Source: Sphingomonas sp. SCN 67-18
GTDB lineage: Bacteria; Pseudomonadota; Alphaproteobacteria; Sphingomonadales; Sphingomonadaceae
Length of the DNA: 64,000 nucleotides
Assembly: GCA_001724715.1 (NCBI GenBank)
Contig: MEFG01000025.1
Coordinates: 4,017 to 68,016, forward strand
Direction of reading: 5' to 3'
This document shows positions 50,828 through 59,481 of this stretch, piece by piece. The notes under the pieces were generated by a model, which was given only the letters and a program-made list of their open reading frames with translations, made no database searches and was not told the DNA's origin. The position numbers were made by a program, and so were the translations under genes. The stretch's first letter is position 1. Every line of letters begins with the position of its first letter.

Positions 50828-51924
50828 CGCGCCGCAGCCAATCCGGCGGCCAGTTCCGCCATCGCGGCGCGATAGCCGTCGTCCAGCCGCCACGGGCGGA
50901 TCGCCTCGCCGGCCGCGTCGGGCGCGATCGCGCGGCAATCCTCGATCCGCTCCGCCAGCCGGTCCTCGGGCAGGCCGTTGATCGCCGCCATTTCGAACAA
51001 TATCCCCGTCGCGGCGTCGTCCGCCACGCCGATGGCGCGCAGCAGCAGGGCAAGCCGCCCGATGCCGGGATCGGTCGCCATCGCGAAGGCCGCGCCATGG
51101 TCTATCCCGGCGCGCACCGCCATCAACGCCACGAACAGTGCGAAACGGCCCAGATGGAGCGCGCGGACCAGCGCCGCATCGTCGGCCCTGCCCGCACCGT
51201 TCAGGTGGCGGGCAAACCGCATCGCCGCCGCCTCGATGGCCTCGCCCTCGTCATGAGCGGAGAGCAGTCGGTTCGCCGCCGCCATCGCCGCGCCGTCGGC
51301 CATGGCCGGGTCGATCCGCTGCACGCGGACCATATAATCGCGCAGCGCCGCCGCCACCCGCCACACCAGCCGGTGTAGCACCTCGGCCGGCAGGTCGCGG
51401 CTGTCGATCACCGGCTCGTGAAAGCGGTCGAACCGGCGGCTTTCGGCATTCAGCAGCGCCGCTTCCTCGGCATCCGCCGCGTCCGCCGCCGCCGCGTCGT
51501 CGATCCGGTCCAGCCCCGCCTCGGCGATGCGGCGCAGGCCGGAGACGATGCGATATTCCTCCGCCCGCGCCAGCAGCAGCGCCACCAGCTCCCGGTCCCG
51601 CAGGATCCGCGCCCGCGCCAGGATCGGCGCGGCGATCTCGGTGCGCGCGCTGTCCAGCGCGGCAACCAGCTCGGGCGCGGCCTCCGCATCGAACATCGGC
51701 GCCAGCGCGTCGCGCAGCGCGCGTTCCACCTGCCGCGCCAGCCCGGCGAGCAACAGGGTCATCACACTCCTCTGCCGATCGGTCGGCCGGTGCGCGTCGG
51801 GCAGGAAAAGGTCGGTCAAAACGGCCGAAAGACGCTCGGGCGCGCCATGCGCGGCGCTTGCCGCGTCGGCAAGCAGCCGCTCACCGCCGGGCGCACTCGA
51901 TCCGTCGTTCATTCTCACCGACAT
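50824..51924 (-). CDS. DUF2336-like hypothetical protein
   Basis: 366-aa Ala/Leu/Arg-rich helical-repeat protein. I recognise it only as resembling the alphaproteobacterial DUF2336 family. It is coupled to the kinase-like gene. Confidence 0.5.
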   Translation of the reverse strand: MSVRMNDGSSAPGGERLLADAASAAHGAPERLSAVLTDLFLPDAHRPTDRQRSVMTLLLAGLARQVERALRDALAPMFDAEAAPELVAALDSARTEIAAPILARARILRDRELVALLLARAEEYRIVSGLRRIAEAGLDRIDDAAAADAADAEEAALLNAESRRFDRFHEPVIDSRDLPAEVLHRLVWRVAAALRDYMVRVQRIDPAMADGAAMAAANRLLSAHDEGEAIEAAAMRFARHLNGAGRADDAALVRALHLGRFALFVALMAVRAGIDHGAAFAMATDPGIGRLALLLRAIGVADDAATGILFEMAAINGLPEDRLAERIEDCRAIAPDAAGEAIRPWRLDDGYRAAMAELAAGLAAAR

Positions 51925-51970
51925 GGAACCGGCTGTAGAACAGACGTCGTGAAGACCGCGTTAAACCTCG

Positions 51971-53191
51971 TCAGGCCCGCATTCCCGCGGCCAGACGGAA
52001 TGTCTTGAGCAGCGATGCAAAGGCATAGGCCGCCATCGCGCCCATGCCGACGGTCGTCGCGCCCGCCATCGCGAAGGGCAGGAACAGCCAGATCAGCCCG
52101 TCCGGCTCGGCCAGCCATTCCGGCCGCTCCGGCGGGCCGGAAAACAGCCGCCGGTGATCCGCGATCGCCGCCATCAGGCCGATCAGCACGATCGCCAGCG
52201 CCCAGCACCCCCATCCACCGCCCGCATCGGCCAGCAGGCGACCGAGCAGCAGCACCGCCACCGCCGATCCCGCCAGCCGCATCCGGTCCCATCTCTGCCC
52301 TTCGGCGGGCGCGCGCCAGCTGAGCGCGGCGATGTGGCGGCCAACCGCATCGACCGGCCCGGCCAGCAGCAGCGCGACCAGCCCCGCCCACAGCCACCCG
52401 GCGGCAAAACAGGCCGCACCCGCCAGGGTCAGCCCCACCGCCCCACCGCGAAACCATGTCGGCGCCACCATCGCCCGCATCGCATGAGGGGCGGCAAGAC
52501 GGGCGATGAAGGTGAAGATGAAGCGGTCCGGCAGGCCGGTGGCGACATGCGCCGCACGGCTCGCCAGCGCGTCGTCCACCGCCGCCGCCGTCTCCCGGTC
52601 CTCGACGATCGCCAGCAACGCGGGCGTCTTGCCGGCCGGCGCGTCGACATAGACGGCCCCGCTCTGCACCGCCCGGCGCAGCAGCGTCGATTGCAGGTCC
52701 CAATCACCCAGCATCGCCGCCGTCCGCCTCAGCAGCGCGCCGTCCAGCATCGCCAGCCCGCCCCAGCGCGCATTGGCGTCGATCCGCTCCCAGCGCGCAT
52801 TTTCGGGCGTGTCGGGCACCACCAGCACGGACACGCCGGATTGCCCCGCCATCAGATCCACCGTCGCCCGGTCCGCCACCAGCGAATCCGCGACCACGAT
52901 CAGTCGTTCGTCCGGGTGGATGCGGTCGGCCGCGTCCTCGACGCTGCGGGCGATGTCGACGGTCAGCCCGTCACGCTTCAGCCTATCTATCGCCGCCAGC
53001 AGCCCGGCCGGCAGCCGCTCGACCAGCACGACGATATGGTCCGCCCCCGCCGACGCCACCAGCCGCGCCTGATGCTCGATCAGGGCCTGGCCCGCCACCG
53101 GCAATTCGGCGCACAGCCCGTTCTCTCCGTCGATCTCGGCGGTTGCGATGATCAGACCGGCCAGCACCCGACAACTCCCTCGCCCCGACAA
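51971..53191 (-). CDS. hypothetical protein: N-terminal nucleotidyltransferase-like domain fused to a polytopic membrane domain
   Basis: The N-terminus LPVAGQALIEHQARLVASAGADHIVVLV resembles an NTP-transferase fold. The C-terminal ~200 aa has 5-6 hydrophobic helices, possibly CDP-alcohol-transferase-like. Confidence 0.5.
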   Translation of the reverse strand: MSGRGSCRVLAGLIIATAEIDGENGLCAELPVAGQALIEHQARLVASAGADHIVVLVERLPAGLLAAIDRLKRDGLTVDIARSVEDAADRIHPDERLIVVADSLVADRATVDLMAGQSGVSVLVVPDTPENARWERIDANARWGGLAMLDGALLRRTAAMLGDWDLQSTLLRRAVQSGAVYVDAPAGKTPALLAIVEDRETAAAVDDALASRAAHVATGLPDRFIFTFIARLAAPHAMRAMVAPTWFRGGAVGLTLAGAACFAAGWLWAGLVALLLAGPVDAVGRHIAALSWRAPAEGQRWDRMRLAGSAVAVLLLGRLLADAGGGWGCWALAIVLIGLMAAIADHRRLFSGPPERPEWLAEPDGLIWLFLPFAMAGATTVGMGAMAAYAFASLLKTFRLAAGMRA

Positions 53192-53242
53192 GGCGATGAT
53201 CGTTAGGCGGTTATCCGCGCCGTTGCAAAATCGGATTGGCGA

Positions 53243-53542
53243 TCAGCCGCACAGGCTGGCGATGGAACGGTCGATTCGGCGCAGCGTATCGGCATCGCCG
53301 GTGCGCGCCTCGGCCGCGCCCTGCGCGACGGCCATCAGCCGGGTCGCGCCGAAACTGGCCGCCACGCCCTTCAACCGCCACGCCGCGGCCTGCCAGTCGG
53401 CGTCCGATCGTGCACGCTTCATCGCATCCGCATGGGCGACGATGCTGCCGACAAAGGCGGCGCGCAGCTCCGTCACCAGCGCGGGATCGTCACCAACCGC
53501 CGCCGCAAGGGCGGATTCCAGCGCTCCGGGGTCATAAGCCAT
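53243..53542 (-). CDS. Hpt-like domain protein with Trp in place of the phospho-accepting His
   Basis: Starts MAYDPGAL, inside ORF 53243..53692. ...DADWQAAAWRLKGVAASFGATRLMAV matches the Hpt signature H-x-L-K-G-xx-x-x-G, except that H is replaced by W (codon at 53378-53380). Confidence 0.6.
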   Translation of the reverse strand: MAYDPGALESALAAAVGDDPALVTELRAAFVGSIVAHADAMKRARSDADWQAAAWRLKGVAASFGATRLMAVAQGAAEARTGDADTLRRIDRSIASLCG

Positions 53543-53627
53543 GGGCCACCGCCTATCATGGCGCCCCTTAACAGCCGGTTTCCCCGGCGCTGTTCTCAAG
53601 CGCGAAAAAGATGATAAACATGCCCCC

Positions 53628-55949
53628 ATGACAGGGGGACCCAAGATCGTCGGACTCTGGAGCGGCAACGACGCTGCGGACGACGACATCATCGAAGCGC
53701 GCGACGAGATCGCGGAGGCCCAACCGATGACCGACGCCGAGCCGGTCGATCCTATTGCCGACGAAGGGGGCTATCAGCCCGCCGAGCCGGGCGTAGCTTG
53801 GCTCGTCCCGGCGCTCTGCCTGCTCGCCGCCGCCGCATGGATCGCCTTCGTCGTCTGGACGGCGTGGACCGGCTTTGCGGGCGTCCGGCCCAGCATGGCG
53901 CAGGTCGGCGCGCTCATCGCCACCACCAGCGCACCTCTGGCGCTGATCGGCGTTCTCTATCTGCTGGCGATGCGGACCAGCCGGCGCGAGGCGCAACGCT
54001 TCGGCCTCACTGCCGCGACGATGCGGGCCGAATCCGCCGCGCTGGAAGCGCGGATCGCTGATCTTTCCGCCCGGCTGGATGCCAACCGCACGGCGATGGC
54101 CGGCCAGGCGGACCAGCTGCTCGCGCTGGGCGAAGACGCGACGCAGCGGATGCAGGGCATCACCGCCGCCATGCGTGACGAAGCCGAGGTGATCGATCGC
54201 AACGCCCATATGCTGCGCAATTCCGCCACCGCCGCCCGGGCCGACATGGCGGTGCTGCTGGCCAGCCTGCCCAAGGCGCAGGTGCAGACGCGCCAGATGG
54301 TCGCCTCGCTGCAAGAGGCCGGGCTGGGCGCGCTGGAACAGGCCGGCGCGCTGGAGGCGCAGCTATCCTCGCTGGTCGTACGCGGGCGCGAGGCGGACGA
54401 TGTCGCCGGCGGCGCGGCGCAGCGGCTGGCCGCGCACCTCGCCCGCATGGAAGGAACCAGCGAAACCGCCGGCGCCCGCATCGAGCAGGCCGCCGGGCAG
54501 ATGACCGAGGCCGTCGACGCCGCCCTGTCGCGCGCGTCGGATGCGGTGGACGAGGCGCGCAAGGGAATGGAGGCGCAAAGCGCGGCCATGCTGGCGATGG
54601 TCGAACAGTCCAAGGCGGCGCTCAGCACCACCGGCGCCGACACGGCGGAAAGCCTCGCCCGGCGGATCGGCGAGATCAACGTCCAGGTGGAGGCGCTGGG
54701 CCAGGCGCTCGCCAGCCATGACGACAGCGGCAAGGCGTTGATCGACCGGCTCGTCGCCGGCCTCGCCGATGTCGAGACGCGGCTCGCCGCGCTGGACGAG
54801 ACGGGCAGCGCCCGCACCGAGCGGCTGGGCGCGGCCATCGCGGCGCTCACCGACCATGCGGCGCGGATGGACAGCACCCTCGCCAATGGCGGCGCGACGG
54901 CGGAAGGGCTGATCGGCCGGGCGGAAACGCTGCTGACCGCGCTCGACGCCAGCGCGCGCGAAATCGACGAGACTTTGCCGGCCGCGCTCGCCCGGCTGGA
55001 CGGCGTCTCGGCGGAAAGCCGGACCCGCATCGGCGCGCTCGCGCCCGATCTTGAGGCGCTCACCGCCAGCGCCAACACCGCGTTCGACCGGCTGGTGCAG
55101 ACCGAAAAGCTGCTCGGCCAGCAGCGCGAGGCGGTCGGCCTGCTCACCCAGGCGGCCAGCGACCAGCTGGAAGCGGGCAAGCGCAATGCGGAAGATCTGA
55201 CCACCGCCATCGGCGTCGCCGACAGCCAGGCGAAGGCGCTGGCCGAAGGCTCCGGCCCGGCGTTGATCGAGGTGATGCTGCGGGTCCGCGACACCGCCGC
55301 GCAGGCCGCCGAGCGCGCCCGCGAATCGCTGAGCCGGATCATCCCGGACGCCGCCCAGGCGCTGGGCGAGGCCAGCGACGATGCGATGGGCAAGGCGATA
55401 TCCAGTCGGGTCGAGGCGCAGATGCGGGCCATCGCCGACGCCGCCCGGCAGGCCGCCGAGGCGGCCGATCACGCATCGGACCGGCTGGCGCGTCAGGCGC
55501 TCTCCATTTCGGAAAGCAGCGCCGCCTTCGCCGCCAGCATGGAGGAAAGCCGCAACGAGGCGGAAGAGGCGAACCGCGAAAGCTTCGCCCGCCGCGTGTC
55601 GCTGCTCATCGAATCGCTCAACTCCACCGCCATAGACGTCACCAAGATCCTCTCCAACGACGTCACCGACAGCGCCTGGGCCGCCTATCTGAAGGGGGAT
55701 CGCGGCGTCTTCACCCGCCGCGCGGTCAAGCTGCTGGATACCGGCGAAAGCCGGGAGGTGCTGCGCCATTATGAGAGCGATGCCGAGTTCCGCGATCAGG
55801 TGAACCGCTACGTCCACGATTTCGAGGCGATGCTGCGCAGCGTGCTCGCCACGCGGGACGGGTCCGCGCTGGGCGTGACCATCCTGTCTTCGGACATGGG
55901 CAAGCTCTACGTCGCGCTGGCCCAGGCGATCGAACGCCTGCGCACCTGA
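53628..55949 (+). CDS. large Ala-rich coiled-coil membrane protein (hypothetical)
   Basis: 773 aa from MTGGPKIV. It has two N-terminal TM helices, then ~600 aa of heptad-like A/L/E/R repeats, then a conserved C-terminal globular part (..VFTRRAVKLLD..YESDAEFRDQVNRYVHDFE..). Confidence 0.7.
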   Translation: MTGGPKIVGLWSGNDAADDDIIEARDEIAEAQPMTDAEPVDPIADEGGYQPAEPGVAWLVPALCLLAAAAWIAFVVWTAWTGFAGVRPSMAQVGALIATTSAPLALIGVLYLLAMRTSRREAQRFGLTAATMRAESAALEARIADLSARLDANRTAMAGQADQLLALGEDATQRMQGITAAMRDEAEVIDRNAHMLRNSATAARADMAVLLASLPKAQVQTRQMVASLQEAGLGALEQAGALEAQLSSLVVRGREADDVAGGAAQRLAAHLARMEGTSETAGARIEQAAGQMTEAVDAALSRASDAVDEARKGMEAQSAAMLAMVEQSKAALSTTGADTAESLARRIGEINVQVEALGQALASHDDSGKALIDRLVAGLADVETRLAALDETGSARTERLGAAIAALTDHAARMDSTLANGGATAEGLIGRAETLLTALDASAREIDETLPAALARLDGVSAESRTRIGALAPDLEALTASANTAFDRLVQTEKLLGQQREAVGLLTQAASDQLEAGKRNAEDLTTAIGVADSQAKALAEGSGPALIEVMLRVRDTAAQAAERARESLSRIIPDAAQALGEASDDAMGKAISSRVEAQMRAIADAARQAAEAADHASDRLARQALSISESSAAFAASMEESRNEAEEANRESFARRVSLLIESLNSTAIDVTKILSNDVTDSAWAAYLKGDRGVFTRRAVKLLDTGESREVLRHYESDAEFRDQVNRYVHDFEAMLRSVLATRDGSALGVTILSSDMGKLYVALAQAIERLRT

Positions 55950-55962
55950 TTCCGCCCGGGGA

Positions 55963-56229
55963 TCAGTGCCGGTCGAGCAGGTTGATGTCCTGCACGCTGA
56001 TCCAGCCGTTGACGTAATTCAGATAATAGAGGCCGAACAGCACCGCCGAGAGGATGGTGGTGCGCAGCACGAACCGGCCGACCAGAAACTGGTGGGGGGA
56101 TCCGTCCATCTGGCCGGGCACCTTCTCCTCGCCCGCTTCCTCGGGTGTGCGCACGCCGAAAGGCAGGACGAGGAACACGCACATCGCCCAGAACAGGAAG
56201 TAGATCGCGACGATCGATGTCCATTTCAT
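55963..56229 (-). CDS. DUF1467 family small membrane protein
   Basis: The 88-aa product MKWTSIVAIYFLFWAMCVFLVLPFGVRTPEE.. occupies the conserved position after rnj in alphaproteobacterial nuo-distal clusters. Confidence 0.75.
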   Translation of the reverse strand: MKWTSIVAIYFLFWAMCVFLVLPFGVRTPEEAGEEKVPGQMDGSPHQFLVGRFVLRTTILSAVLFGLYYLNYVNGWISVQDINLLDRH

Positions 56230-56235
56230 AAGGCG

Positions 56236-57873
56236 TCAGACCCTCAGCAACAGCACGTCGACCACCGGCTTCTTGCCGGTCCATTGCGTCGCGCTGCGGC
56301 GGACGGCAAGGCGAACGGCCTCGCGCAGCCGACCGTCGTCGCGTTCGCCGGAGCCGGCGGCGGCCGCGGCGGCATCGCCCGCGTCGCGCAGGAAGGCGTC
56401 GCGATCCTCCTCCACCGGAATGCCCTGCATGCGGATTTCGGGGTCCGCCGCCACCCGGCCCTTGCCGTCGATGGCGACGGCGACCGAAATCTGGCCGTTG
56501 ATCGCGATCTTGCGCCGCTCGTTGATGGTCGCGCCGTCCGCGGGCAGGATGATGTCGCCGTCCAGCACCAGCCGGCCCACCCGCTCCTGGCCGATCGCCT
56601 CCGGCGCGCCGGGCGCCAGCCGCACCACCGTGCCGTTCTGCTGGACCAGCGCATTGGGCACGCCGCATTCCAGCGCGAAGCGCGCCTGCTCCGCCATGTG
56701 CCGCATCTCGCCATGCACGGGCAACAGCAGCTCCGGGCGGATCCATTTATACATCAGCGCCAGTTCCGGGCGGCCCGGATGGCCGGATACGTGGACATGC
56801 GCCTGCCGGTCGGTGATCATCGCGACGCCCTTGGCGGCCAGCGCATTCTGGATACGGCCGATGGCCATCTCGTTGCCGGGAATCTGCTTGGACGAAAACA
56901 CCACCAGATCGCCCTTCGACAATTTGATGGGATGGCTGTCGAACGCCACCCGCGCCAGCGCGGCGCGGGATTCGCCCTGCCCGCCGGTCGCCACGATCAT
57001 CACCTCGCGCGGGGGTAGGCGCATCGCGGTGTCGAAATCCACCGTCTCGGGAAAATCCTTCATATAGCCGACGCTGCGCGCCACCTTGAGGATGCGGTCC
57101 AGCGATCGGCCGGCCACGCACAGCTTGCGCCCGGTATCGCGCGCCACCCGGCCCAGCGTCTGCAGCCGCGCCGCGTTGGAGGCAAATGTCGTCACCAGCA
57201 CCCGGCCGGTGGCCGCCGCAACGGCATCGTCCAGCCCGGCGCGCACCGACGATTCCGATCCCGACGCCTTTTCGTTGAACACATTGGTGGAATCGCACAC
57301 CAGCGCCAATATGCCGCCGTCGCCGATCGCCTCCAGCTCCGCCGCGGTGGACGGCGTGCCGAGCAGCGGCTCGTCATCCACCTTCCAGTCGCCGGTGTGG
57401 AATATCCGGCCATAGGGCGTGTCGATCAGCAGCGCATTGCCCTCGGGAATGGAATGGGCCAGCGGCACATAACGAAAGCCGAACGGCCCCAGCGCGAAAC
57501 TGCCCTCATTCTCGACGACGTGCAGCTTCACCTTATCGAGCAGCCCCTCCTCCTCCAGCTTGCCCCGGATCAGCCCGGCGGTGAACGGCGTGGCATAGAG
57601 CGGCACGCCCAGATCGGCGGCCAGATAGGGCAGCGCGCCGATATGGTCTTCATGGCCATGGGTCAGCACGATGCCCAGCAGCGCGTCGGCGCGCTCCTCG
57701 ATGAAGCTCAGGTCGGGCAGGATCAGGTCGATGCCGGGATAGGCCGGGTCGGCGAAGGTGATGCCGCAATCCACCATCACCCATTTGCCCTGGGTGCCGT
57801 AGAGATTGACGTTCATGCCGATCTCGCCCGATCCGCCGAGCGCGAGGAAGAGCAGTTCTTTACCGGGTGTCAT
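56236..57873 (-). CDS. rnj: ribonuclease J (MBL-fold RNA-metabolising hydrolase)
   Basis: Carries the HGHEDHIGA metallo-beta-lactamase motif plus beta-CASP and C-terminal domains. 545 aa. Confidence 0.9.
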   Translation of the reverse strand: MTPGKELLFLALGGSGEIGMNVNLYGTQGKWVMVDCGITFADPAYPGIDLILPDLSFIEERADALLGIVLTHGHEDHIGALPYLAADLGVPLYATPFTAGLIRGKLEEEGLLDKVKLHVVENEGSFALGPFGFRYVPLAHSIPEGNALLIDTPYGRIFHTGDWKVDDEPLLGTPSTAAELEAIGDGGILALVCDSTNVFNEKASGSESSVRAGLDDAVAAATGRVLVTTFASNAARLQTLGRVARDTGRKLCVAGRSLDRILKVARSVGYMKDFPETVDFDTAMRLPPREVMIVATGGQGESRAALARVAFDSHPIKLSKGDLVVFSSKQIPGNEMAIGRIQNALAAKGVAMITDRQAHVHVSGHPGRPELALMYKWIRPELLLPVHGEMRHMAEQARFALECGVPNALVQQNGTVVRLAPGAPEAIGQERVGRLVLDGDIILPADGATINERRKIAINGQISVAVAIDGKGRVAADPEIRMQGIPVEEDRDAFLRDAGDAAAAAAGSGERDDGRLREAVRLAVRRSATQWTGKKPVVDVLLLRV

Positions 57874-57936
57874 TCAAATCTTTCGTAAAATCCGGGGCAA
57901 TGAAGCCGCCTGTGGTTCGCGCCCGCGCCCCGCCGA

Positions 57937-58719
57937 TCACCTATGCGCGCGTGCATGCAGCATCGCCAGCCCCTTGATCGTCAGGTCCGGCTCGATGGCG
58001 TCGAAAATCTCCGTATTGCGGTCGAACAGCGTCGCCAGCCCGCCGGTGGCGATCACCTTCACCGGCCGGCCGATCTCCGCCTTCATCTTGCGGGTCAGCC
58101 CCTCCATCATCGCCGCATAGCCCCAATAGATGCCGATATGCATCTGCTCCTCGGTGGTGCGGCCGATGACGGATGTGCTCTCCGGCGCCTCCAGCGCGAC
58201 GCGCGGCAGGCGCGCCGCCGCGGCGACCAGCGCATCCAGCGACAGGTTGATGCCCGGCGCGATGATGCCGCCCTTATAGGCCCCGGTGAAATCGACCACG
58301 TCGAACGTGGTCGCAGTGCCGAAATCGATCACCACCAGGTCGCCGCCATGGATGGCGTGCGCGGCAATCGCGTTGACCACCCGGTCCGCGCCCACCGTCT
58401 CCGGCTCCACCACGTCCAGCTTGATGCCCCACTCCACCGGCGCGCGGCCCGCGACCAGCGGGGTCACGCCAAAATATTTCTCCGCCAGCACCTTCAGATT
58501 GTGCAGCGCGCGCGGCACCACGGTGGCGATGATCACCGCATCAATCGCGGAACGGTCCCGCCCCTCCAGGATCAGCAGCTGGTGCAGCCACACCGCATAT
58601 TCATCCGCCGTGCGGCGCGAATCCGTGGCGATCCGCCAGCGCGCGCGGATCTCCCCATCCTCGACCAGCGCGAAGACGATATTGGTGTTTCCGGCATCGA
58701 TAGCGAGCAGCATCGGCAT
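57937..58719 (-). CDS. coaX: type III pantothenate kinase
   Basis: Starts [16 protein letters not shown], with the [11 protein letters not shown] motif. Confidence 0.92.
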   Translation of the reverse strand: MPMLLAIDAGNTNIVFALVEDGEIRARWRIATDSRRTADEYAVWLHQLLILEGRDRSAIDAVIIATVVPRALHNLKVLAEKYFGVTPLVAGRAPVEWGIKLDVVEPETVGADRVVNAIAAHAIHGGDLVVIDFGTATTFDVVDFTGAYKGGIIAPGINLSLDALVAAAARLPRVALEAPESTSVIGRTTEEQMHIGIYWGYAAMMEGLTRKMKAEIGRPVKVIATGGLATLFDRNTEIFDAIEPDLTIKGLAMLHARAHR

Positions 58720-58770
58720 CCTCTTACGCCCCTGCCTGCCCGGGAGGAAGGCCAGTCGGCGGCTGAACGG

Positions 58771-59481
58771 TCAGATCATGAACACATCGCCGGCATGGAC
58801 GATGCGGACGGTCCCGTCCGCCAGCTTCAACCGCAACGCGCCGCTTTCGTCCAGCCCGTCGAACAGCCCGTCCACCGGCGCGCCCTCCGGCGCCCGCACC
58901 GACAGCGCCGTGCCGCGCGGGTGCGCCTGCGCCAGCCAGCGGGCGCGCACCGCCGCAATCCCGTCCTGCCGCCACACCGCCAGCCAGCGCGCGAACGCCT
59001 CCGCCAGCCCGATCAGCAGCTCAGCGGGGTCCGGCGCGCCAAATCCGGCGGCGGCAAGGCTGGTGACCACCCGGTCCGGCAACAGCGGATGATGCGCCAG
59101 GTTGACGCCAATGCCGATCACCACCGCATCGCCCGTCCGCTCCAGCAGGATGCCGGACAACTTCGCCCCGTCCAGCATCAGGTCGTTCGGCCATTTCAGC
59201 GCCAGCCGGGCCGGGTCCGCATAAGCGCCGACGATCTCGTCCAGCGCCACCGCCGCGACCAGCGCCAGCGTGGGCGCCGCCGGGTCGCGCGGGCGCAGCC
59301 GCACGATGGTGCTGGCGTAGAGATTGCCCGGCGGCGAAACCCAGTCCCGCCCCTGCCGGCCGCGCCCCGCCGTCTGCGTCCGGGCGCGCAGCCACAGCCC
59401 TTCCCCGGCCCCGGCGGCCGCCAGGGCGATCACGTCCTGATTGGTCGAGGCGGTGGCCGCGACGGTGCGGATCGCGGTCAG
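58771..59481 (-). CDS. birA: biotin--[acetyl-CoA-carboxylase] ligase (group I BirA); start codon non-canonical or unresolved
   Basis: Carries ..ATASTNQDV.. and the TAGRGRQGRDW signature. No ATG, GTG or TTG lies in frame between the nuoN stop and the STN motif. The CTG at 59481-59479 overlaps the nuoN TGA (CTGA). Confidence 0.8.
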   Translation of the reverse strand: MTAIRTVAATASTNQDVIALAAAGAGEGLWLRARTQTAGRGRQGRDWVSPPGNLYASTIVRLRPRDPAAPTLALVAAVALDEIVGAYADPARLALKWPNDLMLDGAKLSGILLERTGDAVVIGIGVNLAHHPLLPDRVVTSLAAAGFGAPDPAELLIGLAEAFARWLAVWRQDGIAAVRARWLAQAHPRGTALSVRAPEGAPVDGLFDGLDESGALRLKLADGTVRIVHAGDVFMI

